Shown here piece after piece: positions 25,511 to 37,464 of a DNA stretch of 64,000 bases (within the stretch, counting starts at the first letter, position 1; each line of letters begins with the position of its first letter). This DNA is from Octopus bimaculoides. Its lineage: Eukaryota. Below the pieces are notes generated by a model. That model had not been told where the DNA came from and made no database searches. It saw nothing but the letters and a program-made list of their open reading frames with translations. The stretch covers positions 55,849,597 to 55,913,596 of the forward strand of contig NC_068990.1 of assembly GCF_001194135.2 (NCBI RefSeq). The letters run 5' to 3'. The position numbers and the translations under genes are program-made.

Positions 25511-25877
25511 TACGCACGCGTACATGTACAGACGTGCACACGCGCGAACACATACTCATATGTGCGCGTCTGCCCGTTTTATGAAACCCATACCGACTCT
25601 CATGCATGCACACGTACACAGATACACACACGCGCACACGCACACACACATACACACACAGGAACGCGCACACATATACATATATACATACATATACATA
25701 AACATATATACTTATATCCATGCATGCATATATATATGTATATATACGTATCTGTATGCTTACCTATCAATCGATATTTAACTGTGTTTATAAATGTATG
25801 CATGTTTATGATTATATCATTATGATTGACCGTTGACTGGACACTATTCAATTTTTTTTCTCCGTGTTTTTCTCCTT

Positions 25878-26014
25878 GTCTCCGTATTCTTTCTGTTGAA
25901 GAGCGTAGCTCGAAACGTCAAAGACTTTCCGTATTCCCGAGCGTCATACTAATACATCCTTTTGTTATTTACACCACCTGTCCTCGCCTGTTGTTGTTTT
26001 TTTCGTATATTCTC

Positions 26015-26018
<4 letters not shown>
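25878..26018 (+). mobile_element. Short PLE-type terminal repeat (pseudo-LTR) carrying a hammerhead motif
   Basis: Near-identical to the reverse complement of 60631-60770; ends in (TA)n. Confidence 0.65.
25888..25924 (+). ncRNA. Minimal type I hammerhead-like motif, variant core (A6U)
   Basis: Stem I UCUUU/AAAGA; core CUGUUGA plus extra A; stem II GAGC-gua-GCUC; GAAAC; cleavage triplet GUC. Confidence 0.6.
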
Positions 26019-26061
<43 letters not shown>

Positions 26062-26379
26062 TAATATATATCGTCCCTAACAGTAATATATACTCACTGA
26101 TGTATGTAATGATTACGGACATTTGCTTATATGATTATTCTTTCTTCCATTACAAACACTATCCTCTATCTTATATTAATTGATATCACTAGAAAAAGCA
26201 GATTGTGAATGAGAGGACCGATAGCGCACCGAACAAAATGCCTAACACTATTGGCTTACGTGCCTTTGTACTCTGAGTTCAAACCTATCGACTGGTTTGA
26301 ACATTTTTTTACTGTAACCCATTCCATATAATGTGCCACAGTACTAGGTATATCTATTAATATGTATATCAATAGAAGG

Positions 26380-26595
26380 TGGTGTGTTTGTAGACTCGTT
26401 AAAATGCCGGATAAAATGCTCACCGGCATTTCGTCATTCTTTACTTTCTGAGTTTCAAATCCGTTGAGGTCGATTTGCCTTCCATCCTTTCAAGATCGAT
26501 AAAATACGTACCAGTTGAGCACTGGGGTCGATGTAATCGATCATACCTCGTCCCACAAATTCCAGGCCTAATGCCAAAATTTGAAACCATTATTA
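26380..26595 (+). mobile_element. SINE family A
   Basis: Head, ctgagtttcaaatcc, core gtcgatttgccttccatcc..gataaaatacgtaccagttgag, tail aaaatttgaaacc. Confidence 0.8.
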
Positions 26596-26625
26596 CCTAA
26601 GGTTCTCTAAATATTCTTTTTACAA

Positions 26626-26825
26626 TAGGCACAAAGCTTGAAATTTTTCAATGAGTTAATTGATTTCAGCGACATCAGGACTCAATTGGTACTTATTTTA
26701 TCGACCCCGAAAGGATGAAAGGCAAAGTCGAGTTCGGCGGAATTTGAACTCAGATCGTAAAGACGAGTGTAATGCCACTAAGCATTTTGGCCGTCATGTT
26801 AACAATTCTGCCAACTCGTCGCTTT
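26626..26825 (-). mobile_element. SINE family A, tail-to-tail with the previous copy
   Basis: ggtacttattttatcgaccccgaaaggatgaaaggcaaagtcga..gaatttgaactcag. Confidence 0.85.
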
Positions 26826-27584
26826 CAAGGCTCTCTCTATATATACAATGTAGTCTACAATCTTTTAGTATATTATCAACACATACCTTCTTATATGTTA
26901 TGAAATTTACAAATATATTATACATATTATGAAATTTACATGCGTACTTTCACTAAGTCTCTCTTTATAAACTACGTAACTGAGCAGACAACTGTATATT
27001 AATCAGTTAGTCTCATTTTAAATACTATATAGGCAACATATATTATTTACTTAGGTGTTTTTTTTATACAGACAAATGTACATCTTGTGTTTATCATCAT
27101 ATCCTATATACTCTACAGACAGTTGAAAATTAAGTGTCTGTATAATCAACATCTAGTTATTCACTATATACCATAAAGATACAATGGTATAATATTTATC
27201 TAGTTTTCCTACATATAGCATACAGCCAATAGACGTTATTTTTCTAGCTCCTCTCCCTTTGTATGCTATATAACTTATTTGTCTAGTCTCTATATATTTT
27301 ATATAGTCTACATACAGCTCTTTATGAATGAAGTTTATATACACATTTTTATCTAGCCCTAATTATAAGCTTTATAGTCTGCAGACAACTCTATATCAAT
27401 TATCTTGCCTTTTTTTAAAAAGATATAGTTGTATATATACTTTTATTCGTTTCAGCCATGCGGCTGCGGTCATGCTGGAGCAACACCGTGATGGGTAATA
27501 ACCTTTATAACGTGTTTTCCAAAGCCCCTCTTTAGTTTTCGGCTGTCATATGCTATCATGCAGCAAGAATTCTCCATTTACTAG

Positions 27585-27698
27585 ATATGCATGTGGAAAT
27601 CTGTAGAATTCATACAAAAACGATTTTATGATACAAGAGGATGGAAGGAACAGGCTTTAATCCAACAGTGCTCTCAATGCCACTCACATGATATGCAG
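27585..27698 (+). other. Candidate symmetric phase-0 exon (38 codons)
   Basis: ccatttactag| ICMWKSVEFIQKRFYDTRGWKEQALIQQCSQCHSHDMQ |gtacac; no homology recognised. Confidence 0.2.
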
Positions 27699-28200
27699 GT
27701 ACACACACACAGCTATTGCTAGATCATATTTATAAAATATTTATATAATAATATGTATACTATATAAAGCATTCAGCAATTAACGGCTGATGCAAATGCA
27801 CAGAAACAATTGTTGTGATTTGTGATTAAAACATGTTCATTCCATCTCCTTGTATAATATATATATGTGTGTGTGCGTAAACATGTGCGAGTCATGCGGT
27901 GAACTAGAAAACGGCATGGAATGAACATTTTGTAAATAGAATTATAAGCTTTCAACGTATATTGACTATAGAAATTAGTCTAATATTAAGGACATATAAA
28001 AATCCATAACGGTGGGGGGNNNNNNNNNNGGGGGGGGAGGCATCGGTATGCGTGGGAAACGAACTTGCAGCTCTTATCTTCGCGATAAGTGCGTTGACAT
28101 GGGAGTTTATATGCCCTGCTAATATTTAGACCATTTTCTATTGTCGATATACGGTGAAAGCTTATAATTATACATATGCACAGCGAGAGCTTTATAAATG

Positions 28201-28390
28201 TAAAGAGAGGCAAGATAAATAATATAAAGCTGTTTGTAGAGCATATAGTATATAAAGAGAGAGTTATCTAAATAATGTAGTTATCTGCATATTATTTAAT
28301 ATACCGACAACTATATTATTTATATAGCTCTGTCTTTATATACTCTATGCTCTACAAACAGCTTTATATTATTTATCTTGCCTCTGTTTA
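28201..28390. repeat. ~190-bp fold-back inverted repeat (MITE-like)
   Basis: 28206-28266 pairs with 28325-28385 (61 bp, 3 mismatches); inner taaataatgtagtt / aactatattattta extends it; ~26-nt loop. Confidence 0.9.
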
Positions 28391-29157
28391 TAGACTTTGC
28401 AGTAAGCAAGCTATTTTCATAGTAGCTATATTACTGCATTAAACATCAAATAGATATGTTTCGTTATTGATAAAGCAATCACTTATAGCTGTTATCTTCA
28501 TTCTGTGTATGTTGTGTACTTATTCGAAGTAAAGCTTCTACAACTAATACACAAACGGAGTTTAAGCATCGGCTGAATGATATGGAACATAATATGAATT
28601 CTAGCCAAAAATCGAAGTAAACAATTTAGGGTAATTCTTTGTTGATGATTGTGAAAAAAAATAATTCTTCCTTTCCGTATGATTTAGAGTTGGAACGAAA
28701 TCCGAGAGGAGAATTATTCATTTATTCATTTATATATACTTTTTTTTTTTGCTACTGTTGACTGAATATTTTAATACAGAATGCATTCAGAATGTATTCT
28801 CAAATCCTCATGATAGAAATAATACCTTTTAAATGCCGATTCGTTGGTTAAATTACCAAAAACAAAAAGACAAAACAAAACAAAAAAACCTCAACGAACA
28901 AAAAAACAAAACAAAAACAAAACTCTAACAATGATATAATGTTCTCTTGCTAATCAGTATATTGGAGGATACAATAAATTTATACTAGAATCGATTTGTT
29001 CATTATTTAAAGCGCTACATGGGAGATATTTTTGGAAAGAGTAACTCCTGACTATATTTCATTGATGTATTTACTACGATTTTTTCCCTTTCACAACGAA
29101 TCTCTTTTTGTTCCAGTTGAAGTGACTCGCCAATAATTTTTCGTTATCTTGTTTTAG

Positions 29158-29279
29158 AGGAATACAGTAGAATGTTTTATCTGTGTAATAGGTGCAACAT
29201 AGAACTGGAGATTGTTTTACAGTTTAACTCATTCACTGCAGGCTCTTTTATCCAGGCTGTAGTTGATTTATTTAGGGTG
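29158..29279 (+). other. Candidate internal coding exon (phase 1 to 0)
   Basis: ttttcgttatcttgttttag| xEYSRMFYLCNRCNIELEIVLQFNSFTAGSFIQAVVDLFRV |gtatgt; the only open frame; no confirmed homology. Confidence 0.3.
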
Positions 29280-29601
29280 GTATGTACAATAGATGCTTTT
29301 TCTGTTTCTTTTTCTTTTTTTTTCTTTTATGCTTTCTTTTGAAAAAATTCGGGTAGAAGTTTTGATAAAGGCGAACCAGATTGTTTTATTTTTCCTAGTT
29401 GCTTCTCTAGCGAAGTATTCTTAATATGTGCAGCAGGTCTATCGAGAAAGAATATACTTTCCATTAGAGTGATATAATTAATTTCGTGGGAAAATAAATT
29501 GGGTGCCAGCAGTGATTTGTATTTGTATACTAATTTATGCGTTTATATATGTGTATGTGTATATTGGCTGGTGTGTATGTGCATGCTTCTATATATATGA
29601 A

Positions 29602-29721
<120 letters not shown>

Positions 29722-30400
29722 NNNNNNNNNNNNNNNNNNNNNNNNNNNNNNNNNNNNNNNNNNNNNNNNNNNNNNNNNNNNNNNNNNNNNNNNNNNNNNN
29801 NNNNNNNNNNNNNNNNNNNNNNNNNNNNNNNNNNNNNNNNNNNNNNNNNNNNNNNNNNNNNNNNNNNNNNNNNNNNNNNNNNNNNNNNNNNNNNNNNNNN
29901 NNNNNNNNNNNNNNNNNNNNNNNNNNNNNNNNNNNNNNNNNNNNNNNNNNNNNNNNNNNNNNNNNNNNNNNNNNNNNNNNNNNNNNNNNNNNNNNNNNNN
30001 NNNNNNNNNNNNNNNNNNNNNNNNNNNNNNNNNNNNNNNNNNNNNNNNNNNNNNNNNNNNNNNNNNNNNNNNNNNNNNNNNNNNNNNNNNNNNNNNNNNN
30101 NNNNNNNNNNNNNNNNNNNNNNNNNNNNNNNNNNNNNNNNNNNNNNNNNNNNNNNNNNNNNNNNNNNNNNNNNNNNNNNNNNNNNNNNNNNNNNNNNNNN
30201 NNNNNNNNNNNNNNNNNNNNNNNNNNNNNNNNNNNNNNNNNNNNNNNNNNNNNNNNNNNNNNNNNNNNNNNNNNNNNNNNNNNNNNNNNNNNNNNNNNNN
30301 NNNNNNNNNNNNNNNNNNNNNNNNNNNNNNNNNNNNNNNNNNNNNNNNNNNNNNNNNNNNNNNNNNNNNNNNNNNNNNNNNNNNNNNNNNNNNNNNNNNN

Positions 30401-30442
<42 letters not shown>

Positions 30443-31328
30443 TATATGTATATGTACATGTGTATATATATATGTATATATTCATGCTTACATGTGTATA
30501 TATATATGCATAAGTATGTATATATATTTCTCTGCATGTGCGTGCTTGTGTGTGCGTGTGGGTGTGGGTGTGTGTGCGTGTGTGGGTGTGAGTGTGCACG
30601 CTCCAGTGTGTGCGCGCTAGCGTTTTCTTTGAGACTTAATTACGTACCTCATCATAGACTCACTAACAAAGTGACAAGACATATTTTTGTATAGCATTTA
30701 ACTGAAAACCGCCCCTGGGACGTGTAAACATGAGAATTAATCTGTACGCATAAGTAGGTATATATATGTAGCTATACTTGCACTCATATATTGAAAGTAT
30801 CTGTAATTTTAGTAACAAGTCTTTGGTTACATTTTACATATGTATTTGTTATACATGCATATATGATCCAATGTGTGTGCTCGCGCGCGCTCACACACAC
30901 ACAAACACACACATACAGTATGTATGTATGCATGCACTGTATATATATATGTATATATTCATGAATGTGTTTGCGCATGCATGCATATATCTTATAGACA
31001 TTGCTCCAAGCTTTAATGATAATAATAGTAAATTATTCAACACTTAGTTGTTATGGACTTACGTTCGTTCTTTAAGCTTTGCTTAGTTGCAGCAGTTATA
31101 CCCCTTGTTTACGAGGATTGCAGGTTATTACACAAGAATTACAACCATTCACGTGTTGTATATCCAACACCTACGGAAGCGAGTCCACAATGTATTATTG
31201 CTATTCCTTGCAGGAGCAATTTCTCTTCATGTTATATCACTAAAATTTCCATATCCTTTTTTCCTCTATTTCTTATTATGGTTGTTGTTGGTCTTGATAG
31301 CGTTTATATAATTTTTAGCAAATCATGT

Positions 31329-31673
31329 GAAGGCGCATGGATCACTGGTTAGAGCGTTAGGCTCACACTCATGCGGCAGTGAGTTCAATTCCCGGACCAG
31401 GCTGTGTATGGTGGTATCGAGCAAGACATTTTATTTCACGTTCCTCCAGTTCACTCAGCAATAGAAACGAGTTGCAACGTCACTAATGCCAAGTTGTATC
31501 GGCTTTTGCTTTTCTCTTGGATAACATCGGTGGCATTGAGAGGAGAGGCTGGTATGCATGGGTGACTGCTGGTCTTCCATAAACAGCCTTGCCTGGACTT
31601 GTGCCTCGGAGGGTAACTTTTCAGGTGTAATCCCATGGTCATTTATGACCGAAGCGGGGTGTCTTTACCTTTA
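31329..31673 (+). mobile_element. tRNA-headed SINE, family D, full length
   Basis: A box tggatcactgg, B box gagttcaattccc, central agcaagacattttatttcacg, terminal hairpin ggtcatttatgacc. Confidence 0.85.
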
Positions 31674-31834
31674 CTAGTAAATCAGTATATATATANNNNN
31701 NNNNNNNNNNNNNNNNNNNNNNNNNNNNNNNNNNNNNNNNNNNNNNNNNNNNNNNNNNNNNNNNNNNNNNNNNNNNNNNNNNNNNNNNNNNNNNNNNNNN
31801 NNNNNNATATAGTATTAACTTCTATATATAGTAT

Positions 31835-31990
31835 TAACTTCTTCCACTTTCAACAAACAGTTTACCCGAAGTTGAGCATTGCCTTCAATTTTACAACGTC
31901 TATGGGCGCCTACAAGATTTGAAGTCTTGACAACGTAATTATCTCTACAGACGGAACTATCTATCAAAAACTCTTAACGTTGTTAAGATA
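31835..31990 (+). mobile_element. PLE fragment paralogous to 35545-35640
   Basis: ttcaacaaaca..gaagttga..gccttcaattttacaac..aagatttgaagtc shared. Confidence 0.6.
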
Positions 31991-32576
31991 GGCTCCCATC
32001 ATAGTTTGTCGATGAGGCATGACAGTGTTTTAAAACAGACATTCATAGAAATCTATAGTCAACCACAATATCGTCTTCAAGCGTGGACACATTAGGTAGT
32101 TGTCCAGAGCCCCTCGGATCTAGAGATCCAATTATGATCTATGTATGCTGTGCCTTGCTGTCGAGAAATACTATAGGGTTCAGCGCCTTGATTTGCCCGG
32201 AGGTCTTTAGTACTGGTAAGACCTCGCTGATCAAGTACAACACTCAAATGAGGTTATGTCAGTCATTCTCTTTCACCGCCAATAATCCAGATATGTTGCC
32301 TTCGATTTGTTGATTAATTGATCTGCATGAAATATTCATGAATGAGTGAACCAAGGACAGAACTTGTACGAGGTCATGTGATTTGCTAGAAAGAGTAGTA
32401 AGATCTCACTCAAATTATACTGAACTCATTTTTTAAAAAAAATTAACACATAAATACGTTTGTATTTATGCGCATATATACATATATATGCATACATACA
32501 TATACACACTTATTCACTTATAAATTCATCCATATACATGCACACACATACATACATACCGTATAAATACCCTTAT

Positions 32577-32631
<55 letters not shown>

Positions 32632-33068
32632 AACTATATGAAAATATAAATAATTTTTATGCTTGAACTGACAATTTCTGTATACTGAAAGAAAACGTGT
32701 AAATAAATAAACAAGAAATCCGAAGCGCATTTAATATCATTTGTTGTTATATGAGTAAATATTAATATTTCAGCTTGGCATTTACCATGAGTTAAGCATT
32801 AGAATCACATGCGTTAACATGTGTTAATATAAGAGCGGAACTCATAGACACAGCTGATCGTTGGTTCAACCTAGTCAACTACTTGGGTTTGGTTCGTAGT
32901 TTACCATCGCTACAACGTTCCGCTATGCTGGTTGGTATGAAGTCAGATAATTTTGGGGAGAATGGAAGTTGTAGCTTTTATGCGTTTCTTTAAGGCATTA
33001 GTGTTGTCTTGACGGATTCTACTTTTATTTCTATATCTTTTTATCTTTTACTTGTTTCAGTCATCAGA

Positions 33069-33123
33069 CAGTGGCCATGCCAGTGGCCATGCCAGTGGCC
33101 ATGCCAGTGGCCATGCCAGTGGC
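33069..33123. repeat. 12-bp tandem repeat CAGTGGCCATGC x4.6
   Basis: Direct reading; lies at the SINE-B gcggccatgctgg motif. Confidence 0.95.
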
Positions 33124-33307
33124 ACGGCCTTAAATAATTTTTTAGCAATACTTAGTTTTTTGAAGTTCGGTACTTTTATTCCATCGGCTTGCCTTTTGCC
33201 GAATATGGCTACGTTATAGGATGTGAACAAACACTAATTTCTAAACGGGAGAGAGGGCGTGCCCACCCACACACACACACTTTCTCTCACTCATACTCAT
33301 ATACACA

Positions 33308-33352
<45 letters not shown>

Positions 33353-33371
33353 TCATACTCATATACACACT

Positions 33372-33411
<40 letters not shown>

Positions 33412-33494
33412 TACACGCACACTTTCTTTGACTCACGCACATAAAAAAACACATGCACACTTTCTCTCACTCACACACGCTTTCTTATTTCTTT

Positions 33495-33710
33495 ATTGCC
33501 CACAAGGGGCTAAACATAGAGGGGACAAACAAGGACAGACAAAGGGATTAAGTCGATTAGATCGATGCCAGTGCGTAACTGGTACTTAATTTATCGGCCC
33601 CGAAAGGGTGAAAGGCAAAGTCGATCTCGGCGGAATTTGAACTCAGAATGTAGCAGCAGACGAAATACCGCTAAGCATTTCACCCGGCGTGTTAACGTTT
33701 CTGCCAGCTC
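33495..33710 (-). mobile_element. SINE family A (alternative tail) nested in SINE B
   Basis: ggtacttaatttatcggccccgaaagggtgaaaggcaaagtcgatctcggcggaatttgaactcag. Confidence 0.85.
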
Positions 33711-33738
33711 ACACACAATTTCTCTCATTCACGCACAT

Positions 33739-33814
<76 letters not shown>

Positions 33815-33874
33815 TCTCTCAGTCATACAGATAAACAAACACACATACTTACCCTCACTCACTCTCACACACAC

Positions 33875-33906
<32 letters not shown>

Positions 33907-34199
33907 GCGCGCTTCGACACAATTATTGTCGGCCCGAGGTTATAGTTGAAGATGCTTGCCTAAGGCGCTGGCCAGTGGGATTGAACACGTAACCACATGG
34001 ATGTAATGCGAGCTTCTTAGCCACACAGCCATGCCTGCCTCTATGCTATGCCTGTTCCTGAATTAGAAATATTTAATAAAAGAATAAAATATAAAAATAA
34101 ATAAATGTTTGCAGCAGTTTCGGTTACATGTCGAATTTATCATAGCAAAACGAATGACTACTGAGTATCCAGACTTTTTCTATGATATTAATAGTATGA

Positions 34200-34420
34200 G
34201 AAGGCGGCGAGCTGGCAAAATCGTTAGCACACCAGACAAAATGTTGAACGGTATTTCGTCTGTCTTTATGTTCTGAGTTCAAATTCCGCCGAGGTCGACT
34301 TTGCCTTTCATCCTGTCGAGGCCTATAAATTAAGTACCAGTTGCGTACTAGGGTCGATCTAATCGACTGGCCCCCTCCCCACAAAATTTTGGGCCTTGTG
34401 CCTAGAGTAGAAAAGAATAT
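34200..34420 (+). mobile_element. SINE family A, full length
   Basis: ggcggcgagctggcaaaatcgttagc..gagttcaaattccgccgaggtcgactttgcc..ggccttgtgcctagagtagaaaag. Confidence 0.9.
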
Positions 34421-34752
34421 AAAATAGGTTAAAAACAAAGCGATGATTTAACCTTTGGTTCTAATCTGTTCGAATGGCGTAGATGCTCGAGCAGAAAAGA
34501 AATGTATACGCATAACACTCTAGACACACACATATGCGTATATACAGACAGCACATACACGCACTCTCACTCATACACAACGACTCACTAATATACACAC
34601 AGAAAAAACACTCTCCTAGGGTGTTGATCGAACATCGCTGTACGAGGTTGCAAAGTCAGCTTCGAAACTACACATTCATGCCTACCTCCTACCTCTCTGT
34701 CTCCCCATCTCCCTCACCAGTGTATATGTGTATAGAGCATACTAACATACAG

Positions 34753-34792
<40 letters not shown>

Positions 34793-34872
34793 GAAACATA
34801 CATATATATATAATATATTTTTATATTATATATTATGCAGATACAAATGTATATTTATATTTTATATATGCA

Positions 34873-34974
34873 TACCTACCTACCTACCTACCTACCTACC
34901 TACCTACCTACCTACCGACCTACCTACCTACCTACCTACCTACCTACCTACCTACCTACTTACCTACCTACCTA
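34873..34974. repeat. (CCTA)n
   Basis: Direct reading. Confidence 0.95.
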
Positions 34975-35126
34975 ACTGTATATACATATATATATGTGTG
35001 TGCACGTATATACAAATGTACGCGCACATATATTTGTCCGAACATTCATCCATAGGAACATAATTACGTATACATGCATGCATACATATACACGGAATAT
35101 ATATATGTGTGTGTGTGTGTGCGCGC

Positions 35127-35171
<45 letters not shown>

Positions 35172-35364
35172 NNNNNNNNNNNNNNNNNNNNNNNNNNNNN
35201 NNNNNNNNNNNNNNNNNNNNNNNNNNNNNNNNNNNNNNNNNNNNNNNNNNNNNNNNNNNNNNNNNNNNNNNNNNNNNNNNNNNNNNNNNNNNNNNNNNNN
35301 NNNNNNNNNNNNNNNNNNNNNNATATATATACATATATATATATACATACATATATGCGTTATA

Positions 35365-35790
35365 AAACTGAAAAGACGATCACACGTCCGGTTGGCCAGT
35401 TTAATATTAAGTTTTTCGAAAACTTGTTGTATACATTTCTTCCATCTAAAGGTAGATCAAAGATATATCTTTATATCACCTAAAGGGAAATCAAAGAATA
35501 TACCCACCGAGAAATAGCTGAAGCCATGTTCATAAATTTAGAATCCTCCGACTTCAACAAACAAGTTGCCGGAAGTTGAATGCCGCCTTCAATTTTACAA
35601 CACGCATGGACGCGTAAAAGATTTGAAGTCGTAACACCAACTAACCCATCCAGCGAATATGAACACTGTTTTATCACTGTGCACGTTATATTTGTTTTTA
35701 ATATGAAACGTTTTGAATAAATCCTTGAAAACGACTGTACGACAACACACGAAAATGTCGGATAGAACTTGCCTTTGGTACTATAATTAT
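35365..35790 (+). mobile_element. PLE 3' fragment: GIY-YIG C-terminus plus terminal repeat
   Basis: RPVGQFN (cf. PVGQHFN) and, in frame past one stop, HREIAEAMFINLESSDFNKQVAG (cf. R.I.EA..I....LN...G); decayed hammerhead-like motif at 35721-35763. Confidence 0.55.
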
Positions 35791-36104
35791 TTTTCTATGC
35801 TTTTAAATATGAAGAAAACTATATGAGTTTTGAAGAAAACCTTTAGCATTAGTCAGTCGGCCGATAGTTTTCATTTCACTTCTACAAATACACATGCACA
35901 TATTTATTCGTTCATATCTATACATTTGTGCATGCATGTGTGAATGTATATATATGCATGTGAGTATGTTGAGATTAAGTTTGTATGTGTATGTACATGT
36001 ACGCGTTTAATGATTAAAGCAAGAACGAAGAATGCGTTTTAACGCAAAGGAATGTGTAAGCAGAAAGGGAGAACAAAGGAAATGTAATGATGTCTAACAT
36101 ACGC

Positions 36105-36350
36105 CTAAGGCCGCAAATTCATGGGCGGCGGCGGCGGCGGCGGTGGTAGTGGTGGTGGTGGTGGTGGTGAAGGAAGGGATTAGTCGATCAAATCGATCCT
36201 ATATTTGAGTGATACATTATTTTATGGATGCTGGATGGATGAAAAACAAAGTTGATCTCAGCAGAATTTGAACTCAGAACCATAAAGAGCCGAAACAGGC
36301 AATTCAAGGCATTTTGCCTGATGCTCTAACGATTCAGCTATCTCACTCTT
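36105..36350 (-). mobile_element. SINE family A, decayed, with (GGC)n(GGT)n in its tail
   Basis: aaagttgatctcagcagaatttgaactcag..ctaacgattcagc. Confidence 0.7.
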
Positions 36351-36813
36351 CTGACGTACAAAAATATAACACGTGTAATACTATTGAGAATCTCATCTTT
36401 AACCCCAGTGTCCCCTTTACATCTGTTTAGAACTGCATCAGTGTGCACGCACATACATCCCAATACACACACACATACACACACACACACACACATATAT
36501 ANNNNNNNNNNNNNNNNNNNNNNNNNNNNNNNNNNNNNNNNNNNNNNNNNNNNNNNNNNNNNNNNNNNNNNNNNNNNNNNNNNNNNNNNNNNNNNNNNNN
36601 NNNNNNNNNNNNNNNNNNNNNNNNNNNNNNNNNNNNNNNNNNNNNNNNNNNNNNNNNNNNNNNNNNNNNNNNNNNNNNNNNNNNNNNNNNNNNNNNNNNN
36701 NNNNNNNNNNNNNNNNNNNNNNNNNNNNNNNATATATATATAACTCTCAGCATTATAACTACACACGTGCTGTTGGTGATTTTTTTCTTTCTTTTTTGAA
36801 CTTTTCCCTTATT

Positions 36814-36850
36814 CCTTTCCGACGAAGAGCTATACTCAAAACGTCAAAAA
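36814..36850 (+). ncRNA. Decayed hammerhead-like motif related to the 25888 type
   Basis: ccttt-CCGACGA-A-GAGC-tat-ACTC-AAAAC-GTC-aaaaa; U4C and G12A changes probably inactivate it. Confidence 0.4.
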
Positions 36851-37464
36851 CTCCCTCTTTTTACTGAGCGGCAAACTAATGCGGATTTAATCCCAGTAAG
36901 TACCAAATTCTAGTTATTTTACGCAGAGGGTCTTTATATTCTCAAGGCAAAATAGTTGATTGACCGACCAAACAAGACTACGCTGCCGCTCTAGATTTTA
37001 GAAAATCTCTCTAAAATTCTACCATATGGGTTTAAAAACTGAATTATTAGGTAACGTGGTCCTCAAAGCCACGCCCTGCACACAGAAAAAGTCTGGATGG
37101 CCTAAGCTGGAACGCCTTACATCAAAACGTTACCGATCACTTCTGACTCGGAGCTAATCGATAAGAAATTCCAGTCGAAACCATTTCTCTTCATTTGAGC
37201 TGCGATGTTACTGGTATCTTTGGGAAAGGCATAAATGCCACAATGCAACATTCATTACCGTACGTTAATATACAGTTATTTTTCGCTATTAACAAGAATC
37301 GCAGTACACTCACGTGCGCGCACACACACAAAACAGAACACAACACGTGCACATAGTTCAGATCGAGATGAAGATTAAATCCTTGTCAGAAGCAGTTTCA
37401 CAATACTTCCGCTGCTGACACTTTTCGGCAAAAGTATGAACGTCACGGCATCACATCATGTACC

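Larger units (their letters stand above)
33040..34041 (-). mobile_element. SINE family B expanded by an internal microsatellite and a nested family A insertion
   Basis: 3' half 33040-33260, CA/CT tract 33260-33910, 5' half 33911-34041 (..cttcttagccacacagccatgcctgcc). Confidence 0.7.

Noticed and set aside
33069-33123. CRISPR-like array (also the periodic SINE copies)
   Set aside because: Eukaryotic DNA; repeats are contiguous with no unique spacers and no cas genes
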